Shown: positions 51,073 to 61,059, numbered from the stretch's first letter. The stretch is 64,000 nt of DNA from an uncultured Gemmatimonadales bacterium (GCA_963783305.1 CAWAMW010000016.1:512001-576000), one strand, 5' to 3'. The notes: a model not told the origin generated them from the sequence alone. Numbers and translations: made by a program.

Positions 51073-52068
51073 CTACGCCCCGCGGAACGCGTCGGTGACG
51101 TTCTTCCGCAGCCGGTCGGCGGCGTCCCGTGCCCCGTGGGCGACCTGGTCGAAAATCTCCATGGCACCCTCGCGGTACGACTTCGATGCCTGCTTCAGGT
51201 CCTCCACGTACGGCTGTCGGGGTGCGTTCCGGCGCTGATACTCGCCGCGCAGGATGCGGTCGTACTCGCCGGACTCGATCCAGTCCCGGAGCTCGGCGGC
51301 GCGGAGGGTGTGGAAGGGGTGGGTGGTGCCCAGGAGGTTGAGGACCTTGAAGACGGAGTCGGCGAGGTCGCCCTCGGAACGGTACTCGTCCGCCTGCTCG
51401 AGGAACGCATTGAGATCGGTCTCCTCGGCGGTCCCGCCCCCCGCGAGCTTGAGCGAGGTGCCGAGGGCGGCGCTGGGGTCCTGGACGGCGAGGAGCCCTG
51501 CGCGGTCGGAGGAGAGCTCGGCCTTGCGGCTCCACTCCAGGAGGCCGAGCAGTACGGCCCGGGCGGCGATCCCCACGATCGGGTATCCGATGTTGGCCAG
51601 CTGGAGCAGGATGACGAGCATGGTCCGGTAAAGCACATGACCGGACATGATGTGCCCGACCTCGTGGCCCATGAGGAAGATCTGCTCCTCCGCGTCCAGA
51701 AGCCGGATCGATCCGCTGTTGAGCACGATGAACGGGTGGTCCATGCCGTACGCGCCTGCGTTGACCACGGGCGTCTGCGAGATGAAGAGGGGGTACTCCT
51801 CGGGCGCGTCCATGGTCTCCAGGACGTGCTGGTAGCGGGCGTATATGTCCGGAAACTGCTTCGGCCCAACGCGCACCCCGTTGGCCTGGAACGCGAGCCG
51901 AACGGGCTTCTCGCCGAAGAACCCGAACAGTTTGCGGAGGACCTCGTCGAACGCGGGGACCCGACGCAGCGCGGCCAGGGCGGCTCGGTCCGCCGGATGC
52001 TCCCAGCTCTCCCCGCCGATGTCGGTGAGGATGATCCGCTTCCGCTGGACGATGTCGCTCTCGGTCAT
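51073..52068 (-). CDS. M48-family (HtpX-like) Zn metallopeptidase
   Basis: WEHPAD, NAGAYG, HEVGH, AELSSDRAG, THP. Confidence 0.9.
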   Translation of the reverse strand: MTESDIVQRKRIILTDIGGESWEHPADRAALAALRRVPAFDEVLRKLFGFFGEKPVRLAFQANGVRVGPKQFPDIYARYQHVLETMDAPEEYPLFISQTPVVNAGAYGMDHPFIVLNSGSIRLLDAEEQIFLMGHEVGHIMSGHVLYRTMLVILLQLANIGYPIVGIAARAVLLGLLEWSRKAELSSDRAGLLAVQDPSAALGTSLKLAGGGTAEETDLNAFLEQADEYRSEGDLADSVFKVLNLLGTTHPFHTLRAAELRDWIESGEYDRILRGEYQRRNAPRQPYVEDLKQASKSYREGAMEIFDQVAHGARDAADRLRKNVTDAFRGA

Positions 52069-52131
52069 GGTGCTCTCTCCTGGACGTGCGGCGAGCGCGG
52101 GCGTACGTGTCGGCCCGAACGTGTGCCTCCG

Positions 52132-52158
52132 TACGCCCGGGAGCGGGCGCGGGTTTCG
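52132..52158 (-). promoter_or_regulatory. Putative ECF-sigma promoter of the M48 peptidase
   Basis: CGAAAC-N17-CGTA in the intergenic region. Confidence 0.65.
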
Positions 52159-52159
52159 G

Positions 52160-53314
52160 TCACGGTGCCCCGTCCAGCGCCTGGGCCACGTCGTCGATGA
52201 GGTCCCGGGGGTCCTCGATCCCGACGGAGAGACGGACGAGGCCGTCGCTGATCCCCATGGCTTTGCGGCGGTCTGGCGCGACGGCCGCGTGGGTCTGCAT
52301 GGCGGGGTGACCGATGAGGCTCTCGACCCCGCCGAGGCTCTCGGCGAGGGAGAAGATGCGGGTGGCTTCCACCATGCCGCGCGCCCGCTCCAGAGAGCCA
52401 AGCTCGATGCTGATCATCCCCGTGAAACCCTTCATCTGCCTTGCCGCCAGGTCGTGCTGCGGGTGCGACGGAAGACCGGGGTAGTTCACCGCCTCCACCT
52501 TGGGGTGCTCGGCCAGAAACTGCGCCATCTTCAGCCCATTGCGGTTGTGGGCTTCCATCCGGACGGCCAGCGTCTTCGTGCCCCGCAGCGTGAGCCAGCA
52601 GTCCATGGGCCCGGGCACCGCGCCCGCCGCCTTCTGCATGTAGTAGAGATGCTCGCCCCACTCATCGTGGCTGGTGACGACCATCCCGCCCACCACATCG
52701 CTGTGGCCATTCAGGTACTTGGTCGTCGAGTGCACCACCACGTCGATCCCGTGCTCCAGCGGGCGCTGGTTGTAGGGCGAGGCAAAGGTATTGTCCACGG
52801 CGGTGGGGATGCCTGCGTCACGCCCGATCTGCGCCGCCACGGCCAGGTCCGTGAGCCGCATCATGGGGTTCGTGGGGGTCTCCAGGTAGATCAGCTTCGT
52901 CTCGGGCCGGATCGCCCGTCGGATCTCGTCCGGGTCGCGGCCATCGATGTAGGTGAACTCGATCCCCAGGCGGGCGAGCACCGTGTTGAACATGCGGGTG
53001 GTGCCGCCGTAGGTGTTCTCCTCGCTCACCACGTGATCGCCCGCCGACAGCTTCTTCACCAGCGCCTCGATGGCCGCCAGGCCGCTGCCGAACGCCGCGC
53101 CGTAGTGCCCACCCTCCAGGGCGGCCACATTGGCCTGCAGCGCGTCGCGGGTGGGGTTCGTCACCCGCGCGTACTCGTAGCCCAGCTTTGGCTCGCCCAG
53201 CGCCGGCTGGACATACGTGGATGTCTGATAGACCGGGGGCATGATCGCGCCGGTCGTCGGGTCCGGCTGCTGGCCGGCGTGGATGGCGCGCGTGGCGAAT
53301 CGGTGGTCGCTCAT
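52160..53314 (-). CDS. Cystathionine gamma-lyase/synthase
   Basis: ATRAIHAGQ, YARVTNPTR, ETPTNP, DNTFASP, HSTTKYLNGHSD, ESLGGVES. Confidence 0.92.
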   Translation of the reverse strand: MSDHRFATRAIHAGQQPDPTTGAIMPPVYQTSTYVQPALGEPKLGYEYARVTNPTRDALQANVAALEGGHYGAAFGSGLAAIEALVKKLSAGDHVVSEENTYGGTTRMFNTVLARLGIEFTYIDGRDPDEIRRAIRPETKLIYLETPTNPMMRLTDLAVAAQIGRDAGIPTAVDNTFASPYNQRPLEHGIDVVVHSTTKYLNGHSDVVGGMVVTSHDEWGEHLYYMQKAAGAVPGPMDCWLTLRGTKTLAVRMEAHNRNGLKMAQFLAEHPKVEAVNYPGLPSHPQHDLAARQMKGFTGMISIELGSLERARGMVEATRIFSLAESLGGVESLIGHPAMQTHAAVAPDRRKAMGISDGLVRLSVGIEDPRDLIDDVAQALDGAP

Positions 53315-53405
53315 GATGGGTTGGTGCTTTTTCTGCTGTGAAGGTTTTAGGGCCGGCTGAAGATACGGTGACCCGCCGATCACTACAAACGAACCCGGAC
53401 GGGTT

Positions 53406-53433
53406 ACAGGGCACAGTTCACAGGGCACAGTTC
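53406..53433. repeat. Perfect 14-bp tandem repeat in a divergent intergenic region
   Basis: ACAGGGCACAGTTC x2. Confidence 0.8.
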
Positions 53434-53463
53434 ATTTCAAATCCGTACTCCGAGATCCGAATC

Positions 53464-54264
53464 ATGGCCGATCTGAATACCAGGCGAGTAACGGCGGAAG
53501 GGGCGTCGCCGGAAAAATGGGTGGCGGTGCTCCACGGAATCTATGGTGCGGGTCGTAACTGGGGCTCGGTGGCCCGGGACCTGGTGAGCGCGCGGCCGGA
53601 GTGGGGTGTGGTGCTGGTAGACCTGCGGCAGCATGGCGACTCCATGGGGTTCGAGGGTCCGCATACGGTGGAGCGGACAGCGGCGGACCTGTCGGGGCTG
53701 GAGGTCCCCGGTGGCGTTCGTGTGCTCATGGGGCATTCCTTCGGCGGAAAGATCGCGCTGCTGCGCGCGCGTGAGGACGAGGGGATCGAGCAGGTCTGGG
53801 TGGTGGATTCCACCCCGGAGTCGCGGGACCCGAGCGGGAGCGCGTGGGGGATGCTGCGGGTGCTGCGCTCGATGCCGTCGTCGTTCGAGGACCGGGACGC
53901 GGCGGTGGCGGCGTTGGAGTCGGCGGGGGTGAGTCGCCCGATCGCGCTCTGGATGAGCACGAACCTGGAATGGATGGGCGAGGAGTACGTCTGGCGCATC
54001 GACATGGACGACATGGAGGAGCTGCTCGGCGACTTCTTCCGCACCGACTTGTGGGATATGGTGGAATCCCCGCGGGAGGGGCTCGAGCTCCATTTCATCC
54101 GAGCCACCGAATCGTCGGTGCTGGAGCTGGATGCGGCCGAGCGGATCCGGGCGGCCGGCCGGAGGACGGGAAGGGTGTTCGTGCATGACGTGCTCGGCGG
54201 TCACTGGCTGAACGCGGACAATCCGGATGCGGTGGTGGAGCTGGTCGCCTCGCGGCTCGATTGA
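53464..54264 (+). CDS. Alpha/beta hydrolase (YbfF/ABHD11-like)
   Basis: LHGIYG, DLRQHG, GHSFGG, GHWL. Confidence 0.88.
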   Translation: MADLNTRRVTAEGASPEKWVAVLHGIYGAGRNWGSVARDLVSARPEWGVVLVDLRQHGDSMGFEGPHTVERTAADLSGLEVPGGVRVLMGHSFGGKIALLRAREDEGIEQVWVVDSTPESRDPSGSAWGMLRVLRSMPSSFEDRDAAVAALESAGVSRPIALWMSTNLEWMGEEYVWRIDMDDMEELLGDFFRTDLWDMVESPREGLELHFIRATESSVLELDAAERIRAAGRRTGRVFVHDVLGGHWLNADNPDAVVELVASRLD

Positions 54265-54369
54265 GGCACTGGCGCGATGGTTGCCCCTGCCGTCGTGCGT
54301 CGCTCGATCACCGGGTGGCGGATTGACGATGGTCGGCCGGTTCCGGTACGTTTCGTGGCTGGGAGAGCG

Positions 54370-54400
54370 GGAGCCGACGCGATCGGGCGTCGGCTCCTTT
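54370..54400 (+). other. Perfect 11-bp hairpin with TTT tail upstream of glmM
   Basis: GGAGCCGACGC-N6-GCGTCGGCTCC-TTT. Confidence 0.6.
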
Positions 54401-54416
54401 GACATTGGAAGGCGGA

Positions 54417-55799
54417 ATGAGCTTCGAGATTCCTGAAGGACTGATGGTGAGCGTGTCGGGCGTGCGCGGGAAAGTGGGCGATGCGCTGACGCCGGACGTG
54501 GTTCTGCGGTTCGCCGCTGCCTTTGGCGCGTACCTGCGCGAGGCCGCGCCGGGCGAGCGGCCCACGGTGGTGCTGGGCCGGGACTCGCGCACTTCCGGCC
54601 CGCTCCTGGCGAGGGCGGTGAGCGCGGCGCTGGAGGGGGTGGGCTGTGACGTGGTGGACGTGGGGCTGGTCCCGACGCCCACGGTGCTGATGTCCATCGG
54701 GCACCACGGCGCGCAGGGTGGGATCATCGTGACGGCCAGCCACAACCCGATCGAGTGGAACGCCCTCAAGCTGGCGTCGGGCGAGGGGATGTTCCTGGAC
54801 GGGGGTCAGGCGGAGGCGATGCGGGCCGAGCTGGAGCGGCGGCCGCCGTGGCAGGGCTGGGACGGCATCGGATCGCTCACGCGGGATGAGGACGCGGCCG
54901 ACCGCCACATCCGGGCGATCCTCGACCTTCCGTATCTCGATGTCAGCGCGCTGCGCGAGCGGGCGTTCACCGTGGCGCTGGACTGTGTGCACGGCGCGGG
55001 GGCGGTCATACTGCCACGGCTGCTGGAAGAGCTGGGGTGCAAGGTCCACGGGATCGGACTGGAGCCCGACGGGCGCTTCCCGCGAAAGCCCGAGCCGGTG
55101 GCCGCGAACCTGGGCGACCTGGAGTCTCTGGTGACGGAGACGGGCGCTGATATCGGGATCGCGACGGACCCGGACGCGGACCGGCTGTCGCTGGTCGACG
55201 AGACCGGCCGCGCCATGGGCGAGGACTACACGCTGGCGCTCGCGACTCGACTCGTGCTGCGGCACCAGGCGGGCGCCGTAGTGACGAACCTGTCGACGAG
55301 CCGCGTGGTGGAGGACGCCGCCCGGGACGGGGGTGGGACCTTCCACAGAGCGGCCGTGGGCGAGATCAACGTGGCGCGCCGGATGCAGCAGGAGGGGGCG
55401 GTCGTAGGCGGTGAGGGGAACGGCGGCGTGATCCTCCCGGCGGTGCAGCATACGCGCGACGCCCAGGTGGCGGCCGCGCTGGTGCTGCAGCTGATGCTGG
55501 AGACGGGATCCACGCCCGGCGAGCTCGTCTCCGCGGCCCCGCGCTACGCGATCGTGAAGGACAGCGTGGAGCGGCCGAAGGGGGAGCTCGGGCCGGTGTA
55601 CGACCGACTGGAAACGCAGCTGGATGCCGCCGAGGCCGACCGTCAGGACGGGCTCTGGCTCGCCTGGCCCGAGGATCGGAAATGGCTGCATTTCCGGCCG
55701 TCGGGGACCGAGCCCATCGTACGAATGATCGCGGAGGCACCGGAGGAGGCGGAGGCCCGCCAGCTGGTGGAAGCCGCGCGAGAAGCACTCTTGAACTGA
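54417..55799 (+). CDS. glmM: Phosphoglucosamine mutase (alpha-D-phosphohexomutase)
   Basis: GRDSR, TASHNP, DPDADR, GGEGNGG, RPSGTEP; directly upstream of glmS. Confidence 0.85.
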   Translation: MSFEIPEGLMVSVSGVRGKVGDALTPDVVLRFAAAFGAYLREAAPGERPTVVLGRDSRTSGPLLARAVSAALEGVGCDVVDVGLVPTPTVLMSIGHHGAQGGIIVTASHNPIEWNALKLASGEGMFLDGGQAEAMRAELERRPPWQGWDGIGSLTRDEDAADRHIRAILDLPYLDVSALRERAFTVALDCVHGAGAVILPRLLEELGCKVHGIGLEPDGRFPRKPEPVAANLGDLESLVTETGADIGIATDPDADRLSLVDETGRAMGEDYTLALATRLVLRHQAGAVVTNLSTSRVVEDAARDGGGTFHRAAVGEINVARRMQQEGAVVGGEGNGGVILPAVQHTRDAQVAAALVLQLMLETGSTPGELVSAAPRYAIVKDSVERPKGELGPVYDRLETQLDAAEADRQDGLWLAWPEDRKWLHFRPSGTEPIVRMIAEAPEEAEARQLVEAAREALLN

Positions 55800-55809
55800 G
55801 CGAGAATCA

Positions 55810-57642
55810 ATGTGCGGGATCGTCGGATACATCGGGTCGAGGGAAGTAAAGCCGCTGCTGATCGAGGGGCTTCGCCGCCTCGAATACCGCGGGTACGACT
55901 CGGCGGGCATCACGGTAGCCAGCAACGGCTCGCTGATGACCCAGAAGGCGGTGGGTAAGATCGCCGACCTGGAGACGCGGCTGAACAAAGACGGGCTCCC
56001 GTCCTCCGACTGCGGCATCGCCCACACCCGCTGGGCCACCCATGGTGCGCCCACGGAGGTGAACGCCCACCCCCACAGCGACTGCTCGGGTGAGATCTCG
56101 TTGGTCCACAACGGCATCATTGAGAACGCAGGAACGCTGAAGAAGAAGCTGGAGAGCCTGGGGCACACGTTCTCCACGCAGACGGACACCGAGGTCATTG
56201 CCCACCTCATCGAGGAAACCTACGACGGCTCCCTGGAGGACGCCGTACGCTCCGCCCTCTCCCAAATCGAGGGCACCTATGGCCTCGCGATCATGAGCTC
56301 CCGGGAGCCCGGCGTGATCGTGGGAGCCCGGAAGGGCAGCCCGCTCCTCGTGGGCATCGGCGACAACGACGAGTACTTCCTCGCCAGCGACATCGCCGCG
56401 GTCCTCGCCCACACGCGCGATTTCGTCTACCTCGAGGACGGCGAGATGGCCGTGATCACGAGGGACGGGTACCAGATCTCGACGCTGAAGGGGCGCGAGC
56501 TGGACCGTGAAGTGACGCGCGTGGACTGGGACCTCGATGCCATCGAGAAGAGCGGCTTCGACCACTTCATGATCAAGGAGATCTTCGAGCAGCCGGACAC
56601 GCTGGAGAACGCCATGCGCGGCCGGCTCCTCGAGGAGGACGGGATCTCCAAGCTGGGCGGACTCGAGCACCTGCTCGATGAGCTTTCGGACACCGAGCAG
56701 ATCATCATCACCGCCTCGGGCACCTCCTGGCACGCCGGCCTGATCGGCGAGTACATGATCGAGGAGTACGCCCGGATCCCCGTGGAGGTGGAGTACGCGT
56801 CGGAGTTCCGGTACCGCAACCCGGTGATCCGGCCCAACACGACGGTGATCGCCATCAGCCAGTCGGGTGAGACCGCGGATACGCTGGCCGCTATCCGGGA
56901 GGCGAAGCGGCAGGGCGCCACGGCCATGGGGATCGTCAACGTGGTGGGGTCGACGATCGCCCGGGAGACGGACGGCGGGGTCTACATCCACGCCGGTCCG
57001 GAGATCGGCGTGGCCTCCACGAAGGCGTTCACGAGCCAGGTGGTGGTGCTGGCGCTCTTCACGCTGCTCATGGCGCGGCGACGCGGGATGAGCGTGGTGC
57101 AGGGGAAGGAAGTGGTGAACGCCCTGCGGGCGATCCCGGACCAGGTCCGGCAGGTGCTGGAGCTCGATGACGCGATCCGGGAGCTCGCCCGGACGTACAA
57201 GGACGCGACCAACTTCCTCTACCTGGGAAGGGGCTACAACTTCCCCACGGCGCTGGAAGGGGCCCTGAAGCTGAAGGAGATCAGCTACATCCACGCGGAG
57301 GGTTTGCCGGCGGCCGAGATGAAGCACGGCCCCATTGCGCTCATCACGGAGCAGATGCCGGTGGTGGTCGTGGCGCCGCATGACTCCGTGTACGGGAAGG
57401 TCGTGTCGAACATCGAAGAGGTGAAGACGCGGGGTGGCCGGATCATCGCAGTGGTGAGCGAGGGGAACAGTGAGCTGGCGGATAAGGTCGATCATCTCAT
57501 CACGATCCCGGAGACGATCGACATGCTCACGCCCATCCTGGCAACCGTACCGCTCCAGCTCCTGTCGTACCACGTGGCGGTGATGCGCGGCTGCCACGTC
57601 GATCAGCCGCGGAACCTGGCCAAGTCCGTCACCGTGGAGTAG
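55810..57642 (+). CDS. glmS: Glutamine-fructose-6-phosphate transaminase (isomerizing)
   Basis: MCGIVG, LEYRGYDSAG, HTRWATHG, SQSGETAD, PRNLAKSVTVE. Confidence 0.98.
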   Translation: MCGIVGYIGSREVKPLLIEGLRRLEYRGYDSAGITVASNGSLMTQKAVGKIADLETRLNKDGLPSSDCGIAHTRWATHGAPTEVNAHPHSDCSGEISLVHNGIIENAGTLKKKLESLGHTFSTQTDTEVIAHLIEETYDGSLEDAVRSALSQIEGTYGLAIMSSREPGVIVGARKGSPLLVGIGDNDEYFLASDIAAVLAHTRDFVYLEDGEMAVITRDGYQISTLKGRELDREVTRVDWDLDAIEKSGFDHFMIKEIFEQPDTLENAMRGRLLEEDGISKLGGLEHLLDELSDTEQIIITASGTSWHAGLIGEYMIEEYARIPVEVEYASEFRYRNPVIRPNTTVIAISQSGETADTLAAIREAKRQGATAMGIVNVVGSTIARETDGGVYIHAGPEIGVASTKAFTSQVVVLALFTLLMARRRGMSVVQGKEVVNALRAIPDQVRQVLELDDAIRELARTYKDATNFLYLGRGYNFPTALEGALKLKEISYIHAEGLPAAEMKHGPIALITEQMPVVVVAPHDSVYGKVVSNIEEVKTRGGRIIAVVSEGNSELADKVDHLITIPETIDMLTPILATVPLQLLSYHVAVMRGCHVDQPRNLAKSVTVE

Positions 57643-57644
57643 CC

Positions 57645-58085
57645 GTGAAGGTGGTGCTCCAACGGGTGAGCCGCGGCGCGGTGTGGATCGACGGCGAGGC
57701 GGTGGGCAGGATCGGCCGCGGCTATGTCGTGCTGGCGGGGTTCGGCCCGGATGACGACGAGACCACCCTCTCCTGGATGGCGGACAAGATCCTGGGGCTC
57801 CGCCTCTTCCCAGACGAGACAGGGCGGATGAACCGGGCTCTCGATGCGGTGGCTGGCGCGCTGCTGGTGATCAGCCAGTTCACGCTCTACGGAGATGTCA
57901 CCAGGGGGCGGCGTCCCAGTTTCGTCGGCGCCGCCGCCCCCGACCATGCGCTCCGTCTCTACGACCGGTTCCTGGGAATGTTGAGAGACCGGGCGCCGGG
58001 GCCGGTGGAGAGCGGCGAGTTCGGCGCCATGATGGATGTGGAGCTGGTGAACGACGGACCGGTCACGCTTCTGCTGGAACGATGA
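57645..58085 (+). CDS. dtd: D-aminoacyl-tRNA deacylase
   Basis: LQRV, SQFTL, GRRPSF, NDGPVT. Confidence 0.95.
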   Translation: MKVVLQRVSRGAVWIDGEAVGRIGRGYVVLAGFGPDDDETTLSWMADKILGLRLFPDETGRMNRALDAVAGALLVISQFTLYGDVTRGRRPSFVGAAAPDHALRLYDRFLGMLRDRAPGPVESGEFGAMMDVELVNDGPVTLLLER

Positions 58086-58690
58086 GCGCCCCCCCGCTGG
58101 TGCTGGCCTCGGCATCGCCACGGCGCAGACAGCTGCTCGAGCAGCTGGGGCTGCGGTTCGAGGTGGAAACCGCGGAGGTGGATGAAACGGAGCTTCCGGG
58201 GGAGTCGACGATCGGCCACGTCCGGCGGCTGGCGCTGGCCAAGGCGGGTGCCGTGGCCGCGCGGAGGCCCGAGGCGCTGGTCGTGGGCGGAGACACGGTG
58301 GTGACGCTCCATGGTGACATCCTCGGCAAGCCTGCGGACGAGCGGGCTGCCGTGGCGATGCTCCTCAGGCTCCAGGGCCACGAGCACCGGGTGGAGAGCG
58401 GGGTGGCCGTGATGGCGCCGGGCGGGCGCGCGGTCTCGGACGTCATCGGGGCGGACGTCCGATTCCGGCCATTCGACCGCGAGGTCGCGGAAGCGTACGT
58501 TGCTACCGCCGAGCCCATGGACAAGGCGGGTGCCTACGGCATCCAGGGACGCGGCGCCGTTCTGGTCGAGTCCGTTCGTGGCGACTACTTCGCCGTGATG
58601 GGGCTGCCGGTGTCGCGCCTGGTCGGCCTCCTCGCCGAGCTGGGCTGGTCCTATCGTTTCGGCGGTGAACTCTCTCGCGATCTTCCATGA
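58082..58690 (+). CDS. maf: Maf-family nucleoside triphosphate pyrophosphatase
   Basis: LASASPRR, DTVV, LGKP, DKAGAYGIQG, VMGLP. Confidence 0.93.
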   Translation: MSAPPLVLASASPRRRQLLEQLGLRFEVETAEVDETELPGESTIGHVRRLALAKAGAVAARRPEALVVGGDTVVTLHGDILGKPADERAAVAMLLRLQGHEHRVESGVAVMAPGGRAVSDVIGADVRFRPFDREVAEAYVATAEPMDKAGAYGIQGRGAVLVESVRGDYFAVMGLPVSRLVGLLAELGWSYRFGGELSRDLP

Positions 58691-60216
58691 GCGCCATACT
58701 CGCCATCGACCAGGGGACCACCGGCACCACCTGCATGGTGATCGCCGAGGACGGCCGGATCGTCGGCCGGGCGTACTCGGAGTTCCAGCAGCATTTCCCC
58801 GAACCGGGCTGGGTCGAGCACGACGCCCGTGAGATCTGGGAGGTGACCCTTCGGGTGGCGCAGCAGGCGATGGCGGACGCGGGGGCGCGCGTGGCTGACG
58901 GCTCGGCGGGTACCGAGGCCGCGGCCATTGCCGGGATTGGCATTACGAACCAGCGGGAGACGACCGTGGTCTGGGACCGCGCCACGGGCGAGCCCATCCA
59001 CCACGCCATCGTCTGGCAGGACCGGCGTACGGCGGGGCGCTGTCGGGAGCTGGAGGCGGACGGGGCGCTGGAGCTCGTGAGGGAACGGACCGGGCTGGTG
59101 ATCGACCCGTACTTCTCGGGCACGAAGATCGAGTGGCTCCTGGACCACGTGGAAGGCGCACGGGCGCGGGCGGAGGCAGGCGAGCTGGCGGCCGGCACCA
59201 TGGACAGCTGGCTGATCTGGAACCTGACGGGCGGCCGTGTCCATGCCACCGACCCGACCAACGCCTCCCGCACGATGCTGTACCACATCGACCGCGGCGA
59301 GTGGGATGACGAGCTGCTGACGCTCCTGCGGGTTCCGCGGGCGGTGCTCCCCGAGGTCCGTCCGTCCAGCGGCATCTTCGGCGAGACGGACCCGCAGTGG
59401 TTCGGGGACGCTCTCCCGATCGCAGGCGTCGCGGGGGATCAACAGGCTGCACTCTTTGGACAGGGGTGCTGGCGGGCTGGTCTGGCCAAGAACACGTACG
59501 GCACCGGCGCATTCCTCCTGCTGCACACCGGCCAGGAGCGAATCGCCTCGAAGTCCGGACTCCTCACGACCATCGCCTGTGACGCGGCCGGGCAGCCAGC
59601 CTACGCCCTCGAGGGTGCGATCTTCGTGGCGGGCGCCAGCGTGCAGTGGCTGCGAGACGGACTGGGCCTGCTTGAAAGTGCGCCGGAGACCGCCGGTATG
59701 GCCGCGGACCTCGCGTCCAACGATGGCGTGTATCTCGTTCCTGCGTTCGTGGGTCTCGGCGCGCCCCACTGGGAGGCCGAGGCCCGGGGAACGCTGGTGG
59801 GTCTCACCCGCGGCACCGGGGCACGCCACCTGGCCCGCGCTGCGCTGGAGGCCATGGCGTATTCCACCCACGACGTGCTCGTGGCCATGGAGACCGACTC
59901 GGGCGTGGAGGCGCGGCAGCTCGCCGTCGATGGCGGCGCCGCATCGAACGACTGGATGATGCAGTTCCAATCGGACATCCTGAACCTGCCCGTTCGCCGG
60001 CCTCAGAACCTCGAGACCACCGCGCTGGGAGCCGCCGGGCTCGCCGGTCTCGCCACGGGCGTCTGGGCCGACGCCGACGCGTTCCTCGGATCGCGGCCGG
60101 AGCCAGAACACTTCGAACCCCGGATGGACGAGGGTACGCGTCGTCGACTCCTGACTGGCTGGGAACGAGCCGTGAGCACAGCGCTCCACTGGGCGAGGGA
60201 GGGCAACCGTGGCTGA
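58687..60216 (+). CDS. glpK: Glycerol kinase
   Basis: AIDQGTT, TNQRET, IVWQDRRT, GDQQAALFGQ, KNTYGTG, VDGGA. Confidence 0.96.
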   Translation: MSAILAIDQGTTGTTCMVIAEDGRIVGRAYSEFQQHFPEPGWVEHDAREIWEVTLRVAQQAMADAGARVADGSAGTEAAAIAGIGITNQRETTVVWDRATGEPIHHAIVWQDRRTAGRCRELEADGALELVRERTGLVIDPYFSGTKIEWLLDHVEGARARAEAGELAAGTMDSWLIWNLTGGRVHATDPTNASRTMLYHIDRGEWDDELLTLLRVPRAVLPEVRPSSGIFGETDPQWFGDALPIAGVAGDQQAALFGQGCWRAGLAKNTYGTGAFLLLHTGQERIASKSGLLTTIACDAAGQPAYALEGAIFVAGASVQWLRDGLGLLESAPETAGMAADLASNDGVYLVPAFVGLGAPHWEAEARGTLVGLTRGTGARHLARAALEAMAYSTHDVLVAMETDSGVEARQLAVDGGAASNDWMMQFQSDILNLPVRRPQNLETTALGAAGLAGLATGVWADADAFLGSRPEPEHFEPRMDEGTRRRLLTGWERAVSTALHWAREGNRG

Positions 60217-60697
60217 GATGGACAACCGGCAGGTCCGGGTGGCCGTGGCTGGCGCGGGCATCTGCGGACCCGAACTCACCCTGCTAGCCGAACAGGTCGG
60301 CCGCGGCGTGGCCCGTGCGGGCGCGATCCTCATATGCGGGGGTCTGGGGGGGGTGATGGAGGGGGCCGCACGGGGCGCATCCGAGGAGGGCGGCATCACC
60401 GTGGGGATTCTGCCGGGCCACGATCCGCGGCACGCGAACCCGTACATCCAGGTGCCGCTCCCGACCGGTCTCGGCGAAGGGCGCAACATCCTGGTGGCCC
60501 GCACGGCCGATGTGCTGATCGCCATCGGGGGCGAATGGGGCACCCTGTCCGAGATCGCCATGGCCAGGAAGTGTCATGTCCCCGTCGTGCTCCTCCGACC
60601 CGCGCTGGCTGCCGGACTGGACCTGCCGCAGGCCACCGACGCCGACGCGGCCGTGGCGCTTGCGCTCAGCGCCGCTCGCCCGGACCCACCAGTATGA
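60209..60697 (+). CDS. TIGR00725-family (LOG-like) Rossmann-fold protein
   Basis: CGGLGGVME, TVGILPG, RN, GGEWGTLSEI. Confidence 0.88.
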   Translation: MAEMDNRQVRVAVAGAGICGPELTLLAEQVGRGVARAGAILICGGLGGVMEGAARGASEEGGITVGILPGHDPRHANPYIQVPLPTGLGEGRNILVARTADVLIAIGGEWGTLSEIAMARKCHVPVVLLRPALAAGLDLPQATDADAAVALALSAARPDPPV

Positions 60698-61059
60698 CCG
60701 CCTGCCTCCTCGCCCTCGCCCTCACCCTCGGCTGTCCGGACGCTCCGCCGGAATCGCTCGCCACGGCGCAGCTCCTTCCGACGGCTCCCGCGGCAACCCC
60801 GGTGGACGGGTGGATCGCCGAGGACAAGCTCCGCCATTTCGCGCTCTCGTTCGCCGGCACCGACATGGTCTTCGCGGGCGCGAGCGTCGGCGCCGATCGC
60901 GACACCGCTCTCTACACCGCCGCCACCACCGCTCTCGCGCTGGGGCTCGCCAAGGAGGTCCTAGACCGCCGCGCCGGCCGGCATTTCTGCCTGAAGGACC
61001 TCGCGTGGGACGCCGCCGGTGTGGCGCTCGGCGTCCTCGTCGTTCACAACATCCGATAG
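60694..61059 (+). CDS. YfiM/DUF2279-like membrane (lipo)protein
   Basis: EDKLRHF, GLAKEVLD, KDLAWDAAG. Confidence 0.7.
   Translation: MTACLLALALTLGCPDAPPESLATAQLLPTAPAATPVDGWIAEDKLRHFALSFAGTDMVFAGASVGADRDTALYTAATTALALGLAKEVLDRRAGRHFCLKDLAWDAAGVALGVLVVHNIR

Noticed and set aside
53315..53400. SAM riboswitch upstream of the cystathionine lyase
   Set aside because: The predicted -10 is about 45 nt from the ATG and I see no SAM-riboswitch core sequence
55800..55809. glmS ribozyme
   Set aside because: Only 10 nt separate glmM and glmS
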